Below, one piece after another: positions 19,246 through 29,206 of a stretch of DNA of 64,000 bases. This stretch comes from Candidatus Marinamargulisbacteria bacterium SCGC AAA071-K20 (GTDB lineage: Bacteria; Margulisbacteria; Marinamargulisbacteria; GCA-2716485; AAA071-K20), in NCBI GenBank assembly GCA_003265975.1, contig QFBU01000002.1, positions 3,661-67,660 of the forward strand, written 5' to 3'. The notes beneath the pieces were generated by a model. It worked only from the letters and a program-made list of their open reading frames with translations. It ran no database searches and was not told the DNA's origin. Position 1 is the first letter of the stretch, and each line of letters starts with the position of its first letter. The position numbers and the translations under genes were made by a program.

Positions 19246-19669
19246 GAGTACTGCGCTGTGTATGCTTAGGATTAGGCTCTAGTCGGTACACTTTCCAGAA
19301 GTTAGGCAATTCCAGTGACCTTTGGTGCCCTGCCATTTCCGAAAATAAGATCGCTAAAGTGTCAGGATCTATAGAAGGAGTGTCTCTACCACGAGAGGTT
19401 GTGTTTGAACTTTTCGAAGATATTTCTACAAAACGATCTAAAAAACTGTCTGTAGGTGCTGATGAAGCTAAAACCCCAAGTTTCTTAGCTTCATCTGGGG
19501 AGTATATTTTATCATTACCTCTAACTCTAAAAGGTATACATGGGCTAGGTTTGGATCTGGGGTCTTTCGAGCGTCTGTGTCTCAGACCTATTCCTGAATC
19601 AAAGTGGCTTAAGTCCCCTGTAGGTAAGGAAGAAGGGTTACTTTCAATATTTGCAATGATTTTATACAT
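19229..19669 (-). CDS. 146-aa Ser/Pro/Arg-rich hypothetical protein (or a frameshifted N-terminal part of the 807-aa ORF)
   Basis: ORF co-directional with and overlapping the 807-aa ORF (stop TAA 19229-19231, downstream ATG 19239). It has a low-complexity, disordered-looking composition and only a weak SD. The opposite-strand ORF 19359-19760 competes with it, so coding status is uncertain. Confidence 0.4.
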   Translation of the reverse strand: MYKIIANIESNPSSLPTGDLSHFDSGIGLRHRRSKDPRSKPSPCIPFRVRGNDKIYSPDEAKKLGVLASSAPTDSFLDRFVEISSKSSNTTSRGRDTPSIDPDTLAILFSEMAGHQRSLELPNFWKVYRLEPNPKHTQRSTRDHGV

Positions 19670-19762
19670 AAAACTCTGTCTCTTTTTTTATTTTGAAAAT
19701 GGACTATATCTTACAGTTTTTTCTATGAAAAGTCAAATTTATTGCCATTACAATAAATAAAG

Positions 19763-21208
<1,446 letters not shown>

Positions 21209-21213
21209 TTAAG

Positions 21214-21242
21214 ATTATACCAAAATCTTTCTTAATTTTAAA
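21214..21242 (-). promoter_or_regulatory. Sigma-70-type promoter for ahcY (extended -10)
   Basis: The minus strand reads TTTAAA-N17-TATAAT, with TGG immediately 5' of the -10 (TGGTATAAT). -35 at 21237-21242 and -10 at 21214-21219, about 39 nt upstream of ATG 21175. Confidence 0.5.
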
Positions 21243-21314
21243 TGATTTTCAAGATCATTATTTAAGTAGAGAGTAATCAGCAATATTTATATTATGATGT
21301 GTAAGAGGTAGGTG

Positions 21315-22376
21315 TTATATGGCATGTCGGATGTTTCTTACAAGATTAACAAGGTAGTGCGTGTTATGAATGCTAAGTAGACTACAAGATAAGAGTTCTT
21401 TTGCTTGATATAAATGTCTAAGGTAAGCTCTTGAGAAATGTTTACAAGTGTAGCATGTACAAGAGTCGAGTAAGGGTTTACTATCTGTTTTAAACTCACT
21501 TCTTGAAATATTTTTTCGCTCACCCTCTAAAAATACTTGGCCGTGTCTTGCAAGTCTTGTGGGTATTACGCAGTCGAACATGTCGGCTCCTTGATTAATT
21601 GCAAACTCAAGGTTTTCGGGTAGTCCTAATCCCATTACATAACGCGGTTTGTTTTCTGGTAGTAGTGGCGTGGTATGCGCTATTAAATCTTCTAAAATAT
21701 CTGTAGGCTCTCCTACGCTAAGGCCACCAATAGCATAGCCTGGAAAATCAATATCTATTAAGGTCTTTGCACTTTTTTCTCTCAAGTGTTTATACATGCC
21801 TCCTTGCACAATCGCAAAAAGCCAATGGTTGTTATGCTTTTTTTCCCAATAGTCTTTTGCCTTTGCTTCCCACTGATGAGTGATGTCTAATTCTTTTCTA
21901 ATATTTTTCTCAGTACTAGGATATGCAGAACAAATGTCTAGGGGCATCATGATGTCTGAATTAAGCGCTAGTTGTGTGTCGATTACAGACTTAGGAGTAA
22001 AGGTATGTTTTCTGCCGTCAATATGAGACTTAAAGGTAACTCCTTCTTCAGTAATTTTTCTAAGTTTGGACAGAGAAAATACTTGGTAACCGCCAGAGTC
22101 TGTGAGAATTGGTTTGTCCCAAGCCATAAAATCATGAAGACCGTTGAACTTTTTTATTAAGTCTTCTCCTGGACGTAAATATAAATGATAGGTGTTAGAC
22201 AAAATAATTTCTGCACCAAGCGCTACTAGCATGTCTGGAGTGAGAGACTTAACAGTGGCTTGCGTACCAACGGGCATAAAGACGGGTGTTTCTATGACGC
22301 CATGGTTAGTATGGATTTTTCCACGCCTTGCCTTAGTCGATGATGACTTTTTGATAATTTCAAATTTGAAACTCAT
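21315..22376 (-). CDS. tgt: Queuine tRNA-ribosyltransferase (tRNA-guanine transglycosylase)
   Basis: ARRGKIHTNHGVIETPVFMPVGT, LTDSGGYQVFSL and the zinc site CTCYTCKHFSRAYLRHL. Confidence 0.93.
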   Translation of the reverse strand: MSFKFEIIKKSSSTKARRGKIHTNHGVIETPVFMPVGTQATVKSLTPDMLVALGAEIILSNTYHLYLRPGEDLIKKFNGLHDFMAWDKPILTDSGGYQVFSLSKLRKITEEGVTFKSHIDGRKHTFTPKSVIDTQLALNSDIMMPLDICSAYPSTEKNIRKELDITHQWEAKAKDYWEKKHNNHWLFAIVQGGMYKHLREKSAKTLIDIDFPGYAIGGLSVGEPTDILEDLIAHTTPLLPENKPRYVMGLGLPENLEFAINQGADMFDCVIPTRLARHGQVFLEGERKNISRSEFKTDSKPLLDSCTCYTCKHFSRAYLRHLYQAKELLSCSLLSIHNTHYLVNLVRNIRHAI

Positions 22377-23512
22377 AATAAAAACTCCTCAAGTACAGAA
22401 TTTAATAAGGCCTGTCCTTTTTCAGATGTTTTAATGTGTTTGTTGTCTACAGTAATTAATTGTAGTTGTTGTAGTTTGGATAACTGAGTTTTAAAAAGGG
22501 TAGGGAAGTCGTCATTAAATTCAGTTTCGAACTCTTTGAATATAAAGCCTTCTTTTAATCTTAGGTTGGACATTACGAACTCTTCAATTCTTTCTTTTTT
22601 GCTGAGCGCTACAAGCGTTTTGCTTTTGGGTAGTTTTTCAGGATTAGACAAATATTTTTCTAAATCAGAAGGGTTTTCGTAGCGACAATTATTATAAAAT
22701 GAATGACCACTGGGGCCTACACCTATGAACGGTTTGTATTGCCAATAGCGTTTGTTATGCACGCATTGTTTAGTTGATTTAGCGAATGCTGAAATTTCAT
22801 AGTGGTCGTATTTGTTTTCGGATAGTTTAGTTTTAATTTGATTATATTGGTCTAGTTCGGTATCACTTTCTAGGGGACGTACTTTTTTTCTGTCGAATAC
22901 AGTTCCATGTTCAATGCTTAGTGCGTATGTAGACAAATGTTCGGGTTCGTACTGAAGCGCTTGATTTAAACTGTATTCTAACGTTTTAGAATTTGAATTG
23001 GGGATACTAAATATGAGATCTAAATTTATATTAAAATTTCCATGCTCTCTAATATTCACAAGCGCATTATGAATAGTTTCAGTAGTGTGAGATCTTCCTA
23101 AATATTTTAATTCTTCATTATTGAAAGACTGTATTCCTAAACTTAGTCTATTGATTCCCACATTTTTAATTTGATTTAAAAATAACTTATTTACTGACTC
23201 AGGGTTTGTCTCCATGGTGATTTCACACTTTGGACTTAGTGTAAACGAGTCCCTAATAGTTTTGAAGAGAAGGTCAAGTGACTTTGGGCTTAATAGACTG
23301 GGGGTACCTCCACCTAAAAAAATGGATGGAATTACTAAAGTCTCACATTTTTGTTTGTATGCTTTAATTTCTAAACAAACAGATTCAATAAAAGCCTGTT
23401 CTTTATTATCAGTCCAAATTACCTTGTAAAATGCACAGTAGTGACACTTGGTCTTACAAAATGGAATGTGAACGTATAATGATACGGTGTTTTTTTCTTT
23501 AGATTCAAACAT
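22373..23512 (-). CDS. hemW: Radical-SAM HemN-like protein (heme chaperone HemW type)
   Basis: LYVHIPFCKTKCHYCAF is the CxxxCxxC radical-SAM motif. GGGTPSLL is present, and the 379-aa size is typical of HemW rather than full-length HemN. Confidence 0.85.
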   Translation of the reverse strand: MFESKEKNTVSLYVHIPFCKTKCHYCAFYKVIWTDNKEQAFIESVCLEIKAYKQKCETLVIPSIFLGGGTPSLLSPKSLDLLFKTIRDSFTLSPKCEITMETNPESVNKLFLNQIKNVGINRLSLGIQSFNNEELKYLGRSHTTETIHNALVNIREHGNFNINLDLIFSIPNSNSKTLEYSLNQALQYEPEHLSTYALSIEHGTVFDRKKVRPLESDTELDQYNQIKTKLSENKYDHYEISAFAKSTKQCVHNKRYWQYKPFIGVGPSGHSFYNNCRYENPSDLEKYLSNPEKLPKSKTLVALSKKERIEEFVMSNLRLKEGFIFKEFETEFNDDFPTLFKTQLSKLQQLQLITVDNKHIKTSEKGQALLNSVLEEFLL

Positions 23513-23514
23513 GC

Positions 23515-23787
23515 CTACAGTTCTAAACGGTTACGGCATTTTTTGCAAGTTTTTGACGATGTGGCGTTTTCGGTTCCACATTTTGTACATAGAATACCTA
23601 CTTCGTTTGACTTTTCTTGAAGTAATTTGGGGCTTAATAGCCAATATCCTAAAAGTGCGATTGGAAATACGAGTGTTATAAGTGCAATTACTGCGCCTAT
23701 TATTGGGCGGCCTTTACTTCTAGCATCCTTAAAGACATACCATGCCCCAGCAATACATAGAGCAAATGCGAATAGTCTAAAGAGCAT
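23515..23787 (-). CDS. Small membrane protein with a C-terminal zinc-ribbon
   Basis: 90 aa with two hydrophobic helices (LFAFALCIAGAWYVF, IIGAVIALITLVFPIALLGYWLL) followed by CTKCGTEN...CKKCRN. It abuts the RsbW-like gene with no gap. Confidence 0.55.
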   Translation of the reverse strand: MLFRLFAFALCIAGAWYVFKDARSKGRPIIGAVIALITLVFPIALLGYWLLSPKLLQEKSNEVGILCTKCGTENATSSKTCKKCRNRLEL

Positions 23788-24234
23788 TTATTGGAATGGT
23801 TTTGGAGATTTTTTGAACATTCGAATGACTGTACCAGAGTCTATTTTAGATGAAAACTCAGCATGGTCCATCAAGTTTTTAATAAAGGTGATGCCGAGTC
23901 CGAGTCCCATTTTCTTTTCGGAGGCTTCTTTTTGTGGAGCCGTACCGAGTATGCCTAGGTCAAACCCTGTTCCTTTGTCTTCAACTTCAATTTCTAATTC
24001 TTCAGGGTGCATTCTAGCGGTTATAAATATTTCATTGTCAGAGCTAGGGTTGTTGCCATAAGCGTGTTGTATGGCGTTTGTGCATGCTTCTGAAACAGAA
24101 ATTTTAATATCTTCAATGTCTTCAACTGTAAAGTTCATGCGTGCTGCAATTCCTGAAATAGCAAGTCTAATTATACTTACAAATTCAGTAGAGCACGGTA
24201 TGGTTATTTTCATTTCTAAAGGTGAGTTTGACAT
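23788..24234 (-). CDS. Anti-sigma-factor-type serine kinase (RsbW/SpoIIAB-like HATPase)
   Basis: 148 aa. EACTNAIQHAY is the N-box; VEDKGTGFD and GLGLGITFIKNLMD are the G-boxes. It sits 2 nt downstream of a STAS gene. Confidence 0.8.
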   Translation of the reverse strand: MSNSPLEMKITIPCSTEFVSIIRLAISGIAARMNFTVEDIEDIKISVSEACTNAIQHAYGNNPSSDNEIFITARMHPEELEIEVEDKGTGFDLGILGTAPQKEASEKKMGLGLGITFIKNLMDHAEFSSKIDSGTVIRMFKKSPKPFQ

Positions 24235-24236
24235 TG

Positions 24237-24590
24237 TTACTCCTGCTTACTTTGTGCAACTTCTGCAATACTATCAAGTAATTCTATATTTTTACTTAAG
24301 AGTCCTGAAACTTCAAATATTTTTTTGATCTGTGGTTTATCACACACTACAATTACTTTATGGTTGGCTTTGCCTATTTCTTTTGCGGTATAGGCTATGG
24401 TCCCTAATCCAGTACTGTCTATATAGTGAATGTCTTGTAAATTAAGAACAATGTTTGATTTGTTCTTTTCTGTAAATTCTTTTAAAGAATCTTGCAGTTT
24501 AGGACATGTATGTATGTCGATCTCACCTTTAATATTTAATATCGGAAGATCTTGATTTAAGTCAAAATTGACTGAAAAGTCTACTACCAT
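24237..24590 (-). CDS. Anti-sigma-factor antagonist (STAS domain)
   Basis: The track ORF begins at GTG 24602. ATG 24590 has GAGG 6 nt upstream. LNLQDIHYIDSTGLGTI contains the conserved phosphorylatable Ser (DSTGLG). Confidence 0.8.
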   Translation of the reverse strand: MVVDFSVNFDLNQDLPILNIKGEIDIHTCPKLQDSLKEFTEKNKSNIVLNLQDIHYIDSTGLGTIAYTAKEIGKANHKVIVVCDKPQIKKIFEVSGLLSKNIELLDSIAEVAQSKQE

Positions 24591-24624
24591 CTGTAACCTC
24601 ACATTTGTTTGGAATTTTAATCAA

Positions 24625-24653
24625 ATTATAAACCCGCCAAAGATAAAACACAA
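24625..24653 (-). promoter_or_regulatory. Candidate sigma-70 promoter for the STAS/RsbW operon
   Basis: The minus strand reads TTGTGT-N17-TATAAT (-35 at 24648-24653, -10 at 24625-24630), about 35 nt upstream of ATG 24590. Confidence 0.4.
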
Positions 24654-24680
24654 GCAGACGGCAATCACTGAACTCAGGGC

Positions 24681-24710
24681 TTGACATCATATGGGTATTT
24701 GAATTAGGAT
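24681..24710 (+). promoter_or_regulatory. Candidate sigma-70 promoter for rpmE-prfA-prmC
   Basis: TTGACA (24681-24686), then N18, then TAGGAT (24705-24710), about 34 nt upstream of ATG 24744. Confidence 0.4.
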
Positions 24711-24743
24711 ATCAGCCTATTTGATATTTAAGAGAGTAAAAAC

Positions 24744-25001
24744 ATGGCAAAAACTAAAGATAAAAAAGAAAAAAAGAAAAAAGGACTATATACTAGGGAA
24801 GACACAGTCCCGTATAAGTCTCTTGTAATTTCATGTGTATGTGGTTCTGAATTCGATTCAGGTTCAACTTTAGAAGAAATTCGTGTAGATATTTGCTCAA
24901 ACTGTCATCCATTTTTCACCGGCGAGGATAGAATTCTTGACGCTGAGGGTAGAGTAGAGAAGTTTAGAAAAAAATATCAACAAGCTTCTAAGAAAAAATA
25001 G
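24744..25001 (+). CDS. rpmE: 50S ribosomal protein L31 (zinc-binding type, Lys-rich N-terminal extension)
   Basis: CVCGSEF...[10 protein letters not shown] is the L31 CxC/CxxC zinc motif and signature. The first ~18 aa ([18 protein letters not shown]) are extra relative to typical L31. Confidence 0.88.
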   Translation: MAKTKDKKEKKKKGLYTREDTVPYKSLVISCVCGSEFDSGSTLEEIRVDICSNCHPFFTGEDRILDAEGRVEKFRKKYQQASKKK

Positions 25002-25025
25002 TTTTTCTATTTTTCCAGTTCCCCA

Positions 25026-26084
25026 ATGAATTTATTAAGTAAATTTGAAGCAATCGAGTACAAGTTCCAGGATCTTGAACGTAGAATGAGTGATCCTGAG
25101 ATTATCTCAGACCAAAAAGCATATCAATTAATTGTGAAGCAACACGCTGAATTAGAACAAGGCGTTCTGCTTTTTAGGTCCTATAAAAAAGTGCTTCATG
25201 ACCTAAAAGACGCCGAAGACTTATTAACTGATCCTGAAATGAAGGAAATGGTTGAAGAAGAAATTCCAAAGTTAAAAAATGAGATTGATACCTTACGCTC
25301 TAAAATTGAACAGTTTTTAGTTCCTCCAGACCCCAATGATCATAGAAATGCAGTTGTAGAAATTAGAGCCGGAACCGGTGGGGACGAAGCTTGTTTATTT
25401 TCTATGGCACTATTTAGAATGTATAAAAAGTATTCTGAAAATAAAAAATGGAAAGTAGAAATAATCTCTGAGAGTATCACAGGACTAGGTGGGCTCAAGG
25501 AAATTTCTTTTGTTATATCTGGGCATAATGTCTATAGACGATTGAAATATGAAAGTGGAACTCATAGAGTACAGAGAGTTCCAGATACCGAATCATCTGG
25601 CCGGATTCATACATCGGCTTCAACAGTTGCTATTTTACCAGAGGCCGAAGAAGTAGATGTTAATATCGATACTAAAGACTTAAGAATAGATACTTATAGA
25701 GCTAGTGGTGCGGGTGGACAGCATGTTAATAAAACAGACTCAGCTGTAAGAATAACCCATGAGCCAACAGGTATTGTGGTTGCTTGCCAAGACGAGAGGT
25801 CACAATTCCAGAATAAAGAAAAATCCATGAGAATGTTACGAACCAAGCTATACGAAAAGCAAGTTGAAGACAAACATAAAGCTGAGTCTGCAGCGAGAAA
25901 ATTGCAGGTAGGAAGTGGTGATCGATCTCAGAAAATAAGAACCTATAATTATCCTCAAAAAAGAGTTACAGATCATCGGATTAATTTTAGTGCTCATGAA
26001 CTTCAGTCAATATTAGAGGGTAGCCTAGATATTGTTATTGAACCTTTAATGAAAGCAGATGCTATTGAAAAGCTTAAAGAGTAA
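25026..26084 (+). CDS. prfA: Peptide chain release factor 1
   Basis: GGQ motif (SGAGGQHVNKTDSAVRITH), the PxT loop region VQRVPDTESSGRIHTS, and the conserved prfA-prmC order. Confidence 0.95.
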   Translation: MNLLSKFEAIEYKFQDLERRMSDPEIISDQKAYQLIVKQHAELEQGVLLFRSYKKVLHDLKDAEDLLTDPEMKEMVEEEIPKLKNEIDTLRSKIEQFLVPPDPNDHRNAVVEIRAGTGGDEACLFSMALFRMYKKYSENKKWKVEIISESITGLGGLKEISFVISGHNVYRRLKYESGTHRVQRVPDTESSGRIHTSASTVAILPEAEEVDVNIDTKDLRIDTYRASGAGGQHVNKTDSAVRITHEPTGIVVACQDERSQFQNKEKSMRMLRTKLYEKQVEDKHKAESAARKLQVGSGDRSQKIRTYNYPQKRVTDHRINFSAHELQSILEGSLDIVIEPLMKADAIEKLKE

Positions 26085-26104
26085 ACTTTTTTAGAGGAAG
26101 TATT

Positions 26105-26980
26105 ATGCAAACATTTTCACAAACATTACATGCCGCAGCTGAAGAAATAAAAGAGTACTCCGAGGAAGCCTCATTATTTGAGGCTCAACAATTACTCTTA
26201 GATGCTTTTGACTTAACTAAGCCAGAATTTCTGAGTATATTAAATGAAAAAATACAAAATAAAGGGGCTTTGAGCCTTTTTAATAAACGAATTAGAAAAA
26301 GAAAAACGGGAATGCCGTTGTCTTATATTTTGGGGCATACGTCTTTTTTATCTCATAAATATTTATGCTCTTCAGGCGTCCTTATTCCTCGCCCAGAAAC
26401 AGAAATGGTTGTTCAAAAAATCATTGAATTTATCTCAAGTATAAAACAGGATGTAGTTGTTTTAGAACTTGGATATGGTGCAGGTGTGATACCTATTGAA
26501 CTTCATTACAAGTTTAAAAATTTAGAATACTATGGCTGGGATATTAATCCATATGCTACAAGTTTAGCTAAGAAAAATGCAAAATATCATCACTGTGATA
26601 ATTTAAATATTTTAGAAGGTGACTTCTTTGAAGAAGCGCCTAAGATGATTAAGCAAATAAAAAAACCCGTCATTATTGTGAGTAATCCTCCTTATATTCC
26701 AAGGAAGGATATAGAAAATTTAGATTTTCAAGTTAAAGAGTTTGAACCTCTTTGCGCACTTGATGGTGGAGAATCAGGAATAGATTTCTATAAGCAATGT
26801 TTGAGCATTTTTCAAGATCAACCACTTGCTTATTTTTTTGAAATTGGTATTTCTCAACAGGAGCCACTAGAGTATATTCTGGATCCCTATAATTTTGAAG
26901 TGACTGAATTTTATAAAGATATTCATTTAATTCCTAGGCTTTTAGAAATAGTTACAAAGGGTCCAAACTCTCCAGAATAA
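26105..26980 (+). CDS. prmC: Release-factor glutamine N5-methyltransferase
   Basis: SAM motif LELGYGAGVI and the catalytic VSNPPYI (NPPY). It sits directly after prfA. Confidence 0.88.
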   Translation: MQTFSQTLHAAAEEIKEYSEEASLFEAQQLLLDAFDLTKPEFLSILNEKIQNKGALSLFNKRIRKRKTGMPLSYILGHTSFLSHKYLCSSGVLIPRPETEMVVQKIIEFISSIKQDVVVLELGYGAGVIPIELHYKFKNLEYYGWDINPYATSLAKKNAKYHHCDNLNILEGDFFEEAPKMIKQIKKPVIIVSNPPYIPRKDIENLDFQVKEFEPLCALDGGESGIDFYKQCLSIFQDQPLAYFFEIGISQQEPLEYILDPYNFEVTEFYKDIHLIPRLLEIVTKGPNSPE

Positions 26981-26999
26981 TTACTGTTTCTAGTGCCAT

Positions 27000-28478
27000 T
27001 TAACTCTGTAGATTATATTTTTCTATCTTTTTGTATAAGGTTGTTCGTGAAATATTTAATGCTTTTGCAGCTTGTAACATATTGCCATTCTTAATTTCTA
27101 ATGCATGTTGAATAGCCCGTTTTTCAACACTTTCTAAAGTTTCAATTGACTCTGGGAGTGAAAGTATATTGCTTTTAGGTGTGGCTTGATTTAGTTGTAA
27201 GCTCGGCTCAAATTGACCTGGTTTTGTGTCAAGTATAGTGCTTGTTATGTCTTGTCCCTGTGACAGAATTAAACTTCTTTGTATAAGGTTTTCCAGCTCT
27301 CTTATATTGCCCTCCCAATATTGATTTAAGAGGTAGCTTTCAGCATCACCTGTCAGGTTAACTTCAGGTAATGAAAATTCGCGAGCATATTTTTTTAGAA
27401 AATGTTTAGTAATTGGAATAATGTCTTCTTTTCTCTCTCTAAGTGGAGGCATTTCAATTGGGAATACATTTAGCCTGTAGTATAGGTCTAGTCTAAACTT
27501 TTCATCGTCAACCAGTTTTTTTAAGTTTTTATTAGTAGCCGCAATAATTCGTGTATTAATGTTAAGTCTTTGAGTTCCTCCAACACGTTCAATCTCTTTG
27601 TTTTGTAGTGCTCGTAAAAGTTTGACTTGTAAATCTAGTGAAAGCTCTCCTATTTCATCTAAAAATAATGTTCCGTTATCTGCTAATTCAAACTTTCCTA
27701 GTTTGCGTTCTTCGGCGCCTGTGAAAGATCCTTTTTCGTGCCCAAAAAGTTCTGATTCGATTAAATCTTTAGGAATAGCTCCGCAATTAAGTACTATAAA
27801 GGGCTTTGTTTTACGTTTAGAATTATTGTGAATTACAGAGGCAATAAGGTCTTTACCAGTACCACTTTCACCCTCTATTAAAACGGTTATATCGTTTTCA
27901 AGTACCAGGCCAATGGCTTTAAATACAGCTTTCATCTTTGAACTAGCACCGATGATATTATCTTCTGTATTTGAACTCGTTTGTAAGTATTGTATTTGAT
28001 TGTTTTGTCTTGAAATTAATTTTTCTTTTTCAACAGAGTATATTTCAAAAGTTAATATTCCAAGTAGGTCTAATAATTGTTCTAGTTTACCCATGTCTGA
28101 TTTTTGTAAATTAAATGAGTTGTTTTCTTCTGCTAATTTATTCAAACTAGTTTTTAGTGCATAGATGAGCATGGCTGTTTCTTTTGTTGAAAAGCCTTGG
28201 CTGATTTGAGATTGTAAAAGTTCATGCCAAACTGAAATGATTGGAGTTAACTTGCTTTTGTCTAAATCGGGTATGTCGTCTTCTTTAAATGTGGTGACTA
28301 ATTGCTTTAAAAAGTTTTTTGAATAATTCTTTAGATTATTTTTTTTCTCAAATGTATTCTTGGGAATGTTTGGATTGTTATTAAGTTCAGCTAGCCAGTT
28401 ATTTAAAACTTGCTCTTGGTTATCATTTACTAATTCTAAAGCTTTATTTTTATTTTTCTTCATATTAATAGTGTCCAA
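27000..28478 (-). CDS. Sigma-54-dependent transcriptional activator (bEBP) with an unrecognised N-terminal sensory region
   Basis: GESGTGKDLIASVIH, ESELFGHEKGSFTGA, LFLDEIGEL, RLDLYYRLNVF, GNIRELENLI, and the Fis-type HTH MLQAAKALNISRTTLYKKIEKY. Confidence 0.88.
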   Translation of the reverse strand: MDTINMKKNKNKALELVNDNQEQVLNNWLAELNNNPNIPKNTFEKKNNLKNYSKNFLKQLVTTFKEDDIPDLDKSKLTPIISVWHELLQSQISQGFSTKETAMLIYALKTSLNKLAEENNSFNLQKSDMGKLEQLLDLLGILTFEIYSVEKEKLISRQNNQIQYLQTSSNTEDNIIGASSKMKAVFKAIGLVLENDITVLIEGESGTGKDLIASVIHNNSKRKTKPFIVLNCGAIPKDLIESELFGHEKGSFTGAEERKLGKFELADNGTLFLDEIGELSLDLQVKLLRALQNKEIERVGGTQRLNINTRIIAATNKNLKKLVDDEKFRLDLYYRLNVFPIEMPPLRERKEDIIPITKHFLKKYAREFSLPEVNLTGDAESYLLNQYWEGNIRELENLIQRSLILSQGQDITSTILDTKPGQFEPSLQLNQATPKSNILSLPESIETLESVEKRAIQHALEIKNGNMLQAAKALNISRTTLYKKIEKYNLQS

Positions 28479-28504
28479 TATCTATACAATATAGGCAGGG
28501 AAGA

Positions 28505-29206
28505 TCATTTGGTCAAGAGATTATTTAGAGTTATGAATCGATATCCTTTTTTATGCGCACCCTCGATGATAAGAGGTAAGGCTTTATTTGTTTCTCTGGA
28601 CCCATTATGTAAAAGAATGATACTACCAGGTTTTAACTTTTGGAGAATATAGTCTGCAAGAGGGAGCATGTCTCTTTTGTGGTCATTATTTTCAATTAGT
28701 GCTCGGGTATCGCTTCTTAAATAATCTTTGGCATTGATAGTCCAAAAAATGGTTTTTAACCCTAAGTTATTGGCAATTGAATTTACTGTAGAGTTGAATT
28801 GACCTCCTGGGGGTCTAAAAAATGTAACTTTTTTTTTAGTAATAGCTTCTAATATCGTATTCGTTCTTATAAGCTCTATTTGGACTTCTCTTGGGCTTAT
28901 TAAGGTTAAATTAGGGTGAGAGTAAGAATGATTTCCTATGTCGTGATGGCTATCAGAGATTTGTTTTATAAAGTCTTTATGAAGTTTTGCTTGTTTCCCT
29001 ACTATAAAAAATGTTGCTCTGACATGATATTGATCAAGGAGACGTAACATATGCGTTGTTATTTCAGGTTTTGGCCCATCGTCAAAGGTAAGTGCTATTA
29101 CGGGTTGGGTCGTGTTTATACTCCATAAAGGTTTTTGATAAATGGTGCTTGCATACAAGGTAGAATAAAGAAGGACTATAGGAAGTAGAACGTACTTACA
29201 TTTCAA
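28505..29206 (-). CDS. Polysaccharide deacetylase (NodB-homology domain), secreted
   Basis: Signal peptide MKCKYVLLPIVLLYSTLYAS. NodB motifs ALTFDDGP, GNHSYSHP and FFRPPGG. Confidence 0.85.
   Translation of the reverse strand: MKCKYVLLPIVLLYSTLYASTIYQKPLWSINTTQPVIALTFDDGPKPEITTHMLRLLDQYHVRATFFIVGKQAKLHKDFIKQISDSHHDIGNHSYSHPNLTLISPREVQIELIRTNTILEAITKKKVTFFRPPGGQFNSTVNSIANNLGLKTIFWTINAKDYLRSDTRALIENNDHKRDMLPLADYILQKLKPGSIILLHNGSRETNKALPLIIEGAHKKGYRFITLNNLLTK

Noticed and set aside
19359-19760. 133-aa + strand ORF opposite the 146-aa ORF
   Set aside because: It has no SD and its C-terminus runs through the AT-rich intergenic region. It is oriented against all neighbours. I cannot fully exclude it, which is why the 146-aa CDS gets only 0.4.
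25570-25620. Unusual RF1 codon-recognition tripeptide P-D-T instead of P-A/V-T
   Set aside because: The middle residue of PxT is variable among RF1 proteins. TAG and TAA are both used as stops here, so there is no evidence of altered stop recognition.
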